IMG/VR virus record: IMGVR_UViG_3300017747_001692
Span: 1-59,952 of that record
Direction: 5' to 3' (one strand)
Source of the DNA: a virus
Lineage: Duplodnaviria > Caudoviricetes
DNA length: 59,952 nucleotides
Position 1 is the stretch's first letter; every line of letters begins with the position of its first letter. This document shows positions 16,384-23,778 of the stretch, piece after piece. A program made the position numbers and the translations under genes. The notes under the pieces are model-generated. The model was not told the DNA's origin and searched no databases. It saw only the letters and a program-made list of their open reading frames with translations.

Positions 16384-18693
16384 TTACCGCTCCGTTGTCA
16401 GGGGCTGCTCGTTCTGCTCAAGGCGCTGGAGCATGTCGTCGGGGATGATGCTCTGCACAATTGGAATGCCCGCCGGGTTGGCGGCCAGATCCTCGGCCAG
16501 CCTCACCGCCGCCAGACGCTCGCGGCTCTCGCGGTCGCGCTTGCGGTTGATGGCGTCCAGCATCGAGTCCTGCTTCTTTTCCTGAAGCTCTTGCTGCTTC
16601 AGCTCAATGTCGGCCATCTTGAGCTGGTCGGCAATCGTCGGACCCTGCTCGCCACCGGCCAAACCGCCAGCCTCCTGAAGCTTTGCCGCCACTTCCTGCG
16701 CCTTGATGTCAACCATCGCCGTCTTGGCGTCGGCCTCCTGCTTCTTGATCTGCACCATGGCCTGAGCGTACTGGACCTCTGGCGGGGGCTTCTCGGACAG
16801 GGAGTTCGGGGGCACCATGAACTGTTGCGGGTTGCTCCAGCCCATCGCCTGCAAGGCCGCAGTGTCGATGGCGATGGGGTCGTACAACGATGGGTTGCCC
16901 TGCTGGAGCTGCTTCAGGCCCATGATCTTCATCATGCGCTGGGCGTGGCTGGCCGTGTTCGGGTCGGCCTGCGGAACCAAGTCGCAGTTGTTGATGGCGT
17001 TCAGGAACGTCTGCTCGTCCCACTGGTAGGCGGGCTTCTTGTTCCGCTGCCAGAAGCTCTCGGGGTTCTCCTGAAAGCAGCGGACCAGAAGCTGGAACTC
17101 TTGCGCCTGCGCCGAGTGCATCCGCTTGTGGACGGCGTTCATCACCTTCGTGGCCTGATCAATCATGGCCAGCGTCGTGCCCACCGGCGCGTCTGCCCGG
17201 CCCTCGCCGACCTGCATCTCGCTCGTTCCGCCGACCCTCATGCCGGTCTCGGCCATGTTGCTGACGAGGCTCATCAGCGACGGCGCGGCGCCGTTGTTGT
17301 AGGGCAGGGGCATGATGGCTTCTTTGATAGACATGCCGCCGGTCTTGACCAAGGCTCCGCCGCCCGGAGGGACGCGGAAGATGTTGGTGTTCTGCCTCGC
17401 GCCCGTGTCCGCCATCAGGAAGCCGGGGAAGTTGGCGTACATGCCCGAGTCCAGCAGCTCACGCCACGCCGCCGTGATGGCGTTGGTGGTGTTGCCGAGG
17501 ATATGGAGCAGGCCGATGTCGTAGAAGCCCAAACCGGGAACGAACGTGTACTTCACGAAGTTCGTGCGGGCCTCGGGGAGCGCGGCCTCGTCCTCGTCGT
17601 AGTTGCGGACAATGGACAGGATCTCGCGGGACGACAGGTCGATGGTCACGCGGTAGGGGATCTCAAGGCCGGTCACCTTGCCCTTGTACTTGTGCTCAAA
17701 GCCGGGGATGTCCAGCTCGCAGTAGCACTCGTAAATCTCGCGGTCGCGGTCCTCGGGGCGGAAGGAGCCCACCGAGATGCCTTGCTGCGCCCGCTCCTCG
17801 CGCTGCGCGGCGTCGAGGTCCGGGTCTTTCGGGGCCGGAAGGTCGAGGTCGCGGTAGACGCCGAGGATCTGGAGGCGCCGCACGGTTGAGGCCTTCATCA
17901 TCGAGCGGTGCGTGATCCGCTTGGCGTTGCGCAGGTCGGTCGCCGCGTTGTTCACGATCAGGTCGTCAGCATCAACGCTCTCGGACACCGGGCGCCCGCG
18001 CAGCGGGCAGAAGTAGACCTTCTTGAAGCTCGTGCCGCCAAAGCCGAGCATGAGCAGCATGCGGTCGGTGTCGGGGTAATACTCGGTGGCCGTGGCCGTC
18101 AGGTAGTGGTTCAGGTCCAGCTCAAGCGCGTCGGCGAGCTGGTCGGTGTTGAGCGAGCCGCTGTTGCCGTCGTCGCGGATCTTGACCGGCCCGTCAGTCG
18201 GGAGCAGCTCCGAGCGGGCGTTGGCCTGAAAGCGCAGGCAGGCCTCAAGCAGGAGCGGGTGTCGAACTTTTGACATGCCCTCGACGGGCGCACCGTCAGC
18301 CGAGCCGCCGAGGCCGGGGATCTCCAGCTTCAGGCCGAGCAGCTTGATGCCCTGCGCCCGGCCCTCGATCCATTCGCGGCGGCTCTCAATGTCGTCCTCG
18401 ATGCCGCGCAACAGCTCGTCGGCGATCTGGCCGAGCGAGCCCTGATCAATGTCCTCGACGAGGTTGTCGAACCAGCCGCCCTTGGCGCGTCCGGGGCGAT
18501 CCGTCAGGCTGTTGCCGTCGATGCTGATCGACACCGAGCCGTCGTCATGCTCGATGCGCAGGACCGGCTCGTTGTCGTTCATCTCGGGCGCCGGGCCGTC
18601 GTCCTGCACCACCACAACGTCGGGCGTCGGGATCGCCGCGTCGGGCAGGCCGGGCAGGCGGATGTTCTGGGGCGCGAGGCCGGGGAGCGGCAT
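16384..18693 (-). CDS. Portal protein
   Basis: 769 aa downstream of TerL; VRHPLL.EAC.RFQA, FKKVY, PGLGFY.IGLLH, APVGTTLA motifs. Confidence 0.85.
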   Translation of the reverse strand: MPLPGLAPQNIRLPGLPDAAIPTPDVVVVQDDGPAPEMNDNEPVLRIEHDDGSVSISIDGNSLTDRPGRAKGGWFDNLVEDIDQGSLGQIADELLRGIEDDIESRREWIEGRAQGIKLLGLKLEIPGLGGSADGAPVEGMSKVRHPLLLEACLRFQANARSELLPTDGPVKIRDDGNSGSLNTDQLADALELDLNHYLTATATEYYPDTDRMLLMLGFGGTSFKKVYFCPLRGRPVSESVDADDLIVNNAATDLRNAKRITHRSMMKASTVRRLQILGVYRDLDLPAPKDPDLDAAQREERAQQGISVGSFRPEDRDREIYECYCELDIPGFEHKYKGKVTGLEIPYRVTIDLSSREILSIVRNYDEDEAALPEARTNFVKYTFVPGLGFYDIGLLHILGNTTNAITAAWRELLDSGMYANFPGFLMADTGARQNTNIFRVPPGGGALVKTGGMSIKEAIMPLPYNNGAAPSLMSLVSNMAETGMRVGGTSEMQVGEGRADAPVGTTLAMIDQATKVMNAVHKRMHSAQAQEFQLLVRCFQENPESFWQRNKKPAYQWDEQTFLNAINNCDLVPQADPNTASHAQRMMKIMGLKQLQQGNPSLYDPIAIDTAALQAMGWSNPQQFMVPPNSLSEKPPPEVQYAQAMVQIKKQEADAKTAMVDIKAQEVAAKLQEAGGLAGGEQGPTIADQLKMADIELKQQELQEKKQDSMLDAINRKRDRESRERLAAVRLAEDLAANPAGIPIVQSIIPDDMLQRLEQNEQPLTTER

Positions 18694-18695
18694 GA

Positions 18696-18911
18696 TTACG
18701 GTCCTTCGACTGGCGGCGAGGGCATAGCCTCCATCTCCTCGACGAAGCGCCGGATGCCCTCTTGCGCGGCGATTGTATCAGATTGGGCCATGATCTCATA
18801 GTGACGCACGAAGTCGTAGGGCGCCTTGCCCCAGACCTCGACCCGGAAGTTCCCAATCCGCTTGGGCGTGTTGGGCGTGATGACATCGACGATTGCGCTG
18901 GCGAGGACCAT
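18696..18911 (-). CDS. Hypothetical protein
   Basis: 71-aa ORF between TerL and portal. Confidence 0.6.
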   Translation of the reverse strand: MVLASAIVDVITPNTPKRIGNFRVEVWGKAPYDFVRHYEIMAQSDTIAAQEGIRRFVEEMEAMPSPPVEGP

Positions 18912-18922
18912 GACCTTGACCT

Positions 18923-20608
18923 TTAGATTGGATAGAGCGGGGCGGGAGCTTTGCCGACGTGGCGGCGCCCGGCGTCGATCTCAGCCATACGCTCAGGCGC
19001 GCGGACGAGCAAGCCGGTCTCGCGCAAGTGGCGCAGGGCTTGGCTTACTGTATCCACCAAGTCGTCGTTCTTGCCCTTGGGGAAGATCTCGCACTGGCGG
19101 ATGACCATGTCGGCCCACGTCCGGTCGGGGGCGTAGATCATGCCCTCGCTGAACAGGTGCTGGATGGAGTAGACGCGGGCCAGCTTGTCGAGCGATCCGG
19201 GGTTGATGAGCTGGACGGCCCAGTCCTCGTTGCCGTAGAGGCGCCTGATTTCCTGCGCGACGGACAAGCCCGAGGCCTTGCCCTCGACGAGCAGCTTGTC
19301 CACGCGGAACTTGCGGCAGAACCCGGCCACCTTGTGGACGAGTTCGGACAGCTCCAGCTTGCCCTGCCACGCGCCCATCATGATGACGCGCGGGACGGAC
19401 TCGGGACTGTGGTCGAGCATGTCCCGGACGCGGACGCCCTCGTCGAAGCGGCTGGCCTCGTCGGCGTTGTTCTTGAAGCGCCCGCGCGCGTTGACGAAGT
19501 TCTCGGCCCGCATGGTCGAGTAGTCGCCGCTGAAGACGCCCCAAACCGTCAGGGCGCTGAAGTCGTTCTCTTGCTTGGTCGTGTAGGCCGTGTCGAGGCT
19601 GGCCACGACGTAGTCGATGGGCGGCCACGCCTCCTCCATCCACGTCTCCCACCACGCGGCCTTGATGACCTCGCCGCCCCGGGGCGCGGGCTCCTGCTGG
19701 TGCTGCCCGGCGGTGGCGTAGGGGCCCATCGACCGCTCGTCGCGGTCCACGACCTCCATCGGGAAGCGGGCGGGAAAGAGCAGCTCGCCCTCCTCCTGCC
19801 GGGGGTCCTCGATGCCGAGCATCGTGGGCCGGGCCCGGATTGGGTCATAGCGCATGGGCAGCATGACGTGGTCGTAGCCGAGCTGTTTGTCGAGGATGAC
19901 GCCGGACACGTCGCTCTCGTGCAGGCGCTGCATGATGACGACGATGGCCGACTCAATGGGACTGGTGAGGCGGGTCGGAATGGCCTCAAGGAAGGTGTTG
20001 ACCTCGGTCTCGCGCATGGCGTCAGAGGCCGCGCTGTCCACGCTGTGGGGATCGTCGATGATGACCCGGTCGCCGCGAATACCCGTGAGCGACGTGATGG
20101 CCGTGGCGATACGGAAGCCCTGCGACGAGTTGACGAAGTTGAGCTTCTCGTTCTGGTCGCGGGCCAGCGATACCCGGTCGCCCCAGCGCTTCTGATACCA
20201 GTCGGACGTGACGAGCTGGCGCATGCGGCGGCTGTCTCGGGCGCTGAGGTTCTCGATCTTGTGGGCGGCGCAGACGTAGCGCAGGTGGGGCATGTTGCGC
20301 GGGCCCCACTCCCACGCGGGCCAGAAGACGTTGGTGATGAGCGACTTCATGGTGCCCGGCGGCACGTTGATCAGGAGGCGGTTGTAGAGGCGCCCGTCTT
20401 CCAGCTCGACGCCGTCCGTGATGGCCATGAGGTGTGCGGCGATGAAGTCGATGTGCCAGCCGTGGACGTAGGGCGCGCCGGGCTCAATGACGTGCCACGC
20501 CTGCTTGATGAACGTGACGAGGTCCAGCTCGGCCTCGTACTTGTCGAGTTCGAATAGGGTCTGGTCGATGTCGATCTTCTGATCGCCATATGTGATGTAG
20601 CGTGGCAT
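18923..20608 (-). CDS. terL: Terminase large subunit
   Basis: LLINVPPGTMKS (Walker A), IIDDPH (Walker B), IMQRLH, SLDTAY, VEGKASG, NDDLVD nuclease motifs; start taken at MPRYITY. Confidence 0.92.
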   Translation of the reverse strand: MPRYITYGDQKIDIDQTLFELDKYEAELDLVTFIKQAWHVIEPGAPYVHGWHIDFIAAHLMAITDGVELEDGRLYNRLLINVPPGTMKSLITNVFWPAWEWGPRNMPHLRYVCAAHKIENLSARDSRRMRQLVTSDWYQKRWGDRVSLARDQNEKLNFVNSSQGFRIATAITSLTGIRGDRVIIDDPHSVDSAASDAMRETEVNTFLEAIPTRLTSPIESAIVVIMQRLHESDVSGVILDKQLGYDHVMLPMRYDPIRARPTMLGIEDPRQEEGELLFPARFPMEVVDRDERSMGPYATAGQHQQEPAPRGGEVIKAAWWETWMEEAWPPIDYVVASLDTAYTTKQENDFSALTVWGVFSGDYSTMRAENFVNARGRFKNNADEASRFDEGVRVRDMLDHSPESVPRVIMMGAWQGKLELSELVHKVAGFCRKFRVDKLLVEGKASGLSVAQEIRRLYGNEDWAVQLINPGSLDKLARVYSIQHLFSEGMIYAPDRTWADMVIRQCEIFPKGKNDDLVDTVSQALRHLRETGLLVRAPERMAEIDAGRRHVGKAPAPLYPI

Positions 20609-20820
20609 CAGCAGTCCAGCCCTATGCGGTCCACGAGGTATGTCCCGAACAGGCCCATGACTTCGAACAGCATCATGACCTCTTCGTGGCTCGGGTCGGT
20701 CGAATAGATCAGGTCGCCATCCGGGGCCTCGTAGCAGTAGCCCTCGTCGGCTGTGTCCAGTTCGGGGCGTCGGAGCCAGCCGTAAGTCCAGTGGGGGCCG
20801 CAGGATTGGTATGGCTTCAT
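20608..20820 (-). CDS. Hypothetical protein
   Basis: MKPYQSCGPHW... after GGAG; coupled to neighbours. Confidence 0.55.
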   Translation of the reverse strand: MKPYQSCGPHWTYGWLRRPELDTADEGYCYEAPDGDLIYSTDPSHEEVMMLFEVMGLFGTYLVDRIGLDC

Positions 20821-21008
20821 TGCCTTCTCCCCATCGTGATGTTGATCTGCGCCCGGATCTCTTGGTTGCGCCACGACCAGCACTCGCCGTTCTGCTGGAA
20901 CACGACCCAGACGAGATCCATTTCGGCGCCGTAGTCGATAATGACGTGCGCAAGGCCCGGCCCCTTGGGCGTCATGACGGGCAGCGGCGGGTTGAGCTGG
21001 AGCATCAC
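20817..21008 (-). CDS. Hypothetical protein
   Basis: LQLNPPLPVMTPKG...IDYG.E.DL.WVVF; coupled to TerS. Confidence 0.65.
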   Translation of the reverse strand: MMLQLNPPLPVMTPKGPGLAHVIIDYGAEMDLVWVVFQQNGECWSWRNQEIRAQINITMGRRQ

Positions 21009-21478
21009 CGCTCTCCGGGATCGTGCTCGATGACCTTTCCGGCTGACGTGAGGGCCAGCCTGAGCGCCTCGCGGGCGTCATCGTCGAGCTGGCGCACGTC
21101 AACCGCGCTGTTGGTGACGATGGTGATTTGCGGGGCGTCGTCGCGTTTTTCCGTGTAATCCTCGCGGAAACGAGCGGTGACCGACTTCGTCCAAACCTGC
21201 GCGTTGAACTTGTCCGCGATCATTCCAGCCTTACCCGCGCGCTCCCACCAAGCCTGTTCATGAACCTTTGCACGCGTCATAGCTGTGCGAAATTCTTCGT
21301 GTTCATCTGACCATCTTATGAGAGTAGCTCGATCAACATCAAGCTCTGAGGCGATCTCCGCAGGCGAGCAGCCCTGCTTTCCAAGCTCGATAACCTTCTC
21401 ACAATACTCGGGCCGATAAAGCGACGGACGACCGACAGGCCGCTTCTCCTTGATTTGCTTCTTAACAGCCATGTTCAA
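21005..21478 (-). CDS. terS: Terminase small subunit
   Basis: GRPSLYRPEYCE plus HTH plus WSDEHEEF; upstream of TerL. Confidence 0.75.
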   Translation of the reverse strand: MNMAVKKQIKEKRPVGRPSLYRPEYCEKVIELGKQGCSPAEIASELDVDRATLIRWSDEHEEFRTAMTRAKVHEQAWWERAGKAGMIADKFNAQVWTKSVTARFREDYTEKRDDAPQITIVTNSAVDVRQLDDDAREALRLALTSAGKVIEHDPGER

Positions 21479-21496
21479 ACCTCACCGCGTTGAATA

Positions 21497-21640
21497 TCAA
21501 TCGTCTTTTTCGAGCGCGTCGAGGTAAGCTTCGAGCATTTCCTCGTCGAGTTCTTCTTCCTCGTCGGGCGCGTCGTCTTCGCCGAGGTCGCGGAGGATCT
21601 CGTCGTTTTCGATTTCAAGAGCGATGTCGTCTTCGTCCAT
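21497..21640 (-). CDS. Very acidic 47-aa protein
   Basis: MDEDDIALEIENDEIL...LEKDD; GAGGGG RBS; 25 of 47 residues are D/E. Confidence 0.65.
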   Translation of the reverse strand: MDEDDIALEIENDEILRDLGEDDAPDEEEELDEEMLEAYLDALEKDD

Positions 21641-21758
21641 GTTCAAGCCCCTCTCATTCTGATCAAAGATAATCCGTCTGGGGCCAAAGGACAATGACCC
21701 CCAGAATTGCGGGCGGAACGTCCCCCTGAAATTATTTTTCAAAAATGGCAAAAATCGT

Positions 21759-21787
21759 TTGACAGGCGAAATATCTTCGCCTATAAC
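21759..21787 (+). promoter_or_regulatory. Strong sigma70 promoter with palindromic operator as spacer (P1)
   Basis: TTGACA-GGCGAAATATCTTCGCC-TATAAC. Confidence 0.8.
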
Positions 21788-21833
21788 TTTAATCACGGTC
21801 TGAGACCGAACGACTTACCTGATGGAGATCGAC

Positions 21834-22112
21834 ATGACTTTCAACTTCTACGGCCTCGGCGAAACCCTCCCCTGCCTGACCTTCACTGCCACTGGCGACG
21901 GCCTCTGGGACACTCTCTGTGAGAACATCGTTGACCACGTCCTTGGCGCTGACCCCTACTCCGAGGCCGCCGCCCGCGATTTGATCGACATCGTCGCCAT
22001 GCAGACCCCTGACGAATCTGAGTACACCGAGGCGGTGTTTGTGCAGGGCAAGCTGGTTGGCTCGATGGACACGCCCTTTTGGCTGGACCCCAGCGAGTAT
22101 GTGAAGATCTGA
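21834..22112 (+). CDS. Acidic early hypothetical protein
   Basis: ATGGAGATCGACATG RBS directly after P1. Confidence 0.75.
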   Translation: MTFNFYGLGETLPCLTFTATGDGLWDTLCENIVDHVLGADPYSEAAARDLIDIVAMQTPDESEYTEAVFVQGKLVGSMDTPFWLDPSEYVKI

Positions 22113-22151
22113 AAAAATTATCCATAGGGTGCGAAAATGCTTCGCACCCTG

Positions 22152-22180
22152 TTGACAGGCGAAATGATTTCGCCTAAGAT
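22152..22180 (+). promoter_or_regulatory. Sigma70 promoter with palindromic operator as spacer (P2)
   Basis: TTGACA-GGCGAAATGATTTCGCC-TAAGAT; related palindrome GGGTGCGAAAATGCTTCGCACCC just upstream. Confidence 0.8.
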
Positions 22181-22224
22181 CAAATCACGGTCGAAATAAA
22201 GACCGCAACCTGATGGAGATTGAT

Positions 22225-22518
22225 ATGACCAACACCGTCGCCGCCGTTGAAGTTTACCTCGCCGCTAAGGCGCAATCAGACGCCGCCGAAACTGTCCTGA
22301 AGGCCGCCAAGTCCGACGTAATCGCCATCGTCGGCGGCTACGGCTTTATCGAGGGCGAGACCGCCGACCTTGACGTGGCCGTGCAGGCCCGCTCCTCAAT
22401 CAACGAAAAGCTCCTCCTTCAGTTCCTGACGCAAGAACAGATCGACGCCTGCAAGGTCGAGGGCGCCGCCTTCCCCGTCGTCCGCATCAAGCCCAAGAAG
22501 GTCCGCAAGGCCGCCTAA
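22225..22518 (+). CDS. Early hypothetical protein
   Basis: ATGGAGATTGATATG RBS; high codon bias. Confidence 0.75.
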   Translation: MTNTVAAVEVYLAAKAQSDAAETVLKAAKSDVIAIVGGYGFIEGETADLDVAVQARSSINEKLLLQFLTQEQIDACKVEGAAFPVVRIKPKKVRKAA

Positions 22519-22567
22519 TCATCAACGGGGGCGCACAGCCCCCACCACCCACCAAATGGAGATCGAC

Positions 22568-22765
22568 ATGCAAAAGCTGATTGACGCCTACCGCAAAGAC
22601 CCCACCGACATGGCGGCGCTCAAGCTCGCCCATCACGCGAAAAAACACCCCATGAGTGTGTGCCTGCTGACCGTGGCCGACGCCGCCCTGATCGGCAAGG
22701 CGCGTGAGCAGCTCGCGCCCCACGTCGAGAAGTTGAAGGCCGTCATCGTGGGGGAGGTGATCTGA
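22568..22765 (+). CDS. Early hypothetical protein
   Basis: ATGGAGATCGACATG RBS. Confidence 0.7.
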   Translation: MQKLIDAYRKDPTDMAALKLAHHAKKHPMSVCLLTVADAALIGKAREQLAPHVEKLKAVIVGEVI

Positions 22766-22968
22766 TGCCACATCCTGTTCACACCTCCCTCAACAAGGAC
22801 GGCACCTTTTCCGTCTACTACTTCGACCGCCTGATAGGATACCTCGCCAAGGGCTCCATGAGGTCCAAGGGCAGGCCCATCTGGCGGGCGCTATCCATCC
22901 ACGGCGACTTGCGCCACACCCACTCACAGGCCTCCGCACGGGCCGCGCTGCTGGAGATGAGCCATTGA
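22765..22968 (+). CDS. Early hypothetical protein
   Basis: TGATG coupling; GGAGG RBS. Confidence 0.65.
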   Translation: MPHPVHTSLNKDGTFSVYYFDRLIGYLAKGSMRSKGRPIWRALSIHGDLRHTHSQASARAALLEMSH

Positions 22969-23186
22969 GCGCCGCCGACCTCAAGCAAATGATGGACGAC
23001 CTCGGCTTCACCACCGGCGACGTGGCCGTCCTGATGGGCGTGACGCGCCGGACCCCCCAGCTCTGGCTGTCCGGCCACTCGCCCATCCCCCAATCCGTCG
23101 CCATCCTGCTGCGGGCGATCAGGGACGGCCTGCTGCCGCTGGAGTGGGTCGAAGACAGAATACTTGAGACTATCAAGCTTTCCTGA
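22965..23186 (+). CDS. Small HTH (XRE/Aca-like) regulator
   Basis: LKQMMDDLGFTTGDVAVLMGVTRRTPQLWLSGHSPIP is an HTH pattern; last gene of the operon. Confidence 0.7.
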   Translation: MSAADLKQMMDDLGFTTGDVAVLMGVTRRTPQLWLSGHSPIPQSVAILLRAIRDGLLPLEWVEDRILETIKLS

Positions 23187-23211
23187 CGCCCGAGGGGGTG
23201 CGTCGGGACAG

Positions 23212-23253
23212 GGGGCCGGGGAGCAGGTGCTGCGTTTCCCCGGCCCTTTTTAT
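23212..23253 (+). terminator. Rho-independent terminator
   Basis: GGGCCGGGGA...TCCCCGGCCC followed by TTTTTATT. Confidence 0.7.
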
Positions 23254-23535
23254 TCGCCCGGCCTGCCCCACTTCCAGCCCCACAGGCACAGCATCCGCCT
23301 CCCGCCGGGCGTCATGACGGCCCGGCCCCTGCTCAACAACGTGTCAAGCGCGGCGTTGATTTCGGCGGGTGTGCCACGATCACGAAACTGTTGTGTAACA
23401 TAATACATGTTCAGGTGGCCCTCCCTCTGCATCGCATTCCACAGCACGTCAGACAGATCCTTTTCGGGAATCGGGTCCACGCTGAACAACTCGTCGTCGA
23501 TATTCCTGTTCATGCCAAAAGCCTCATTTTCAATC

Positions 23536-23778
23536 GAGGGGACCAGTTGGGCGGGGACCAGCAAAACCCCGCTATCGTAGCCAGAAAATATTTTTGTATG
23601 AGCCTCCCACTTCATTTTATTTCTCATTTTTTATTTTTCTGTAATTTCCTACTTTTCTTACTACAACTTATCCCTTTGTCCCCAATATAAAAAAGTAGTA
23701 GGGAAAATAAGAACTTAGCGAGGGGACCAGTTGAGGGGACCAGTTTAAAAAAGGGACCAACCTTGGTCCCTTTTTCCG
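23536..23778. other. Putative replication origin (GGGACCA iterons, AT-rich tract, hairpin)
   Basis: GAGGGGACCAGTT x3 (23536, 23720, 23733), further GGGACCA copies, AT-rich 23610-23715, palindrome AAAAAGGGACCAACCTTGGTCCCTTTTT. Confidence 0.55.

Noticed and set aside
20609-20953. N-terminal extension of the 676-aa TerL ORF
   Set aside because: Overlaps two better small ORFs; TerL more plausibly starts at 20608 by stop-start coupling
23250-23627. 125-aa minus-strand ORF downstream of the primase
   Set aside because: Starts in the AT-rich iteron region with no clear RBS or motif; may be real but cannot be supported
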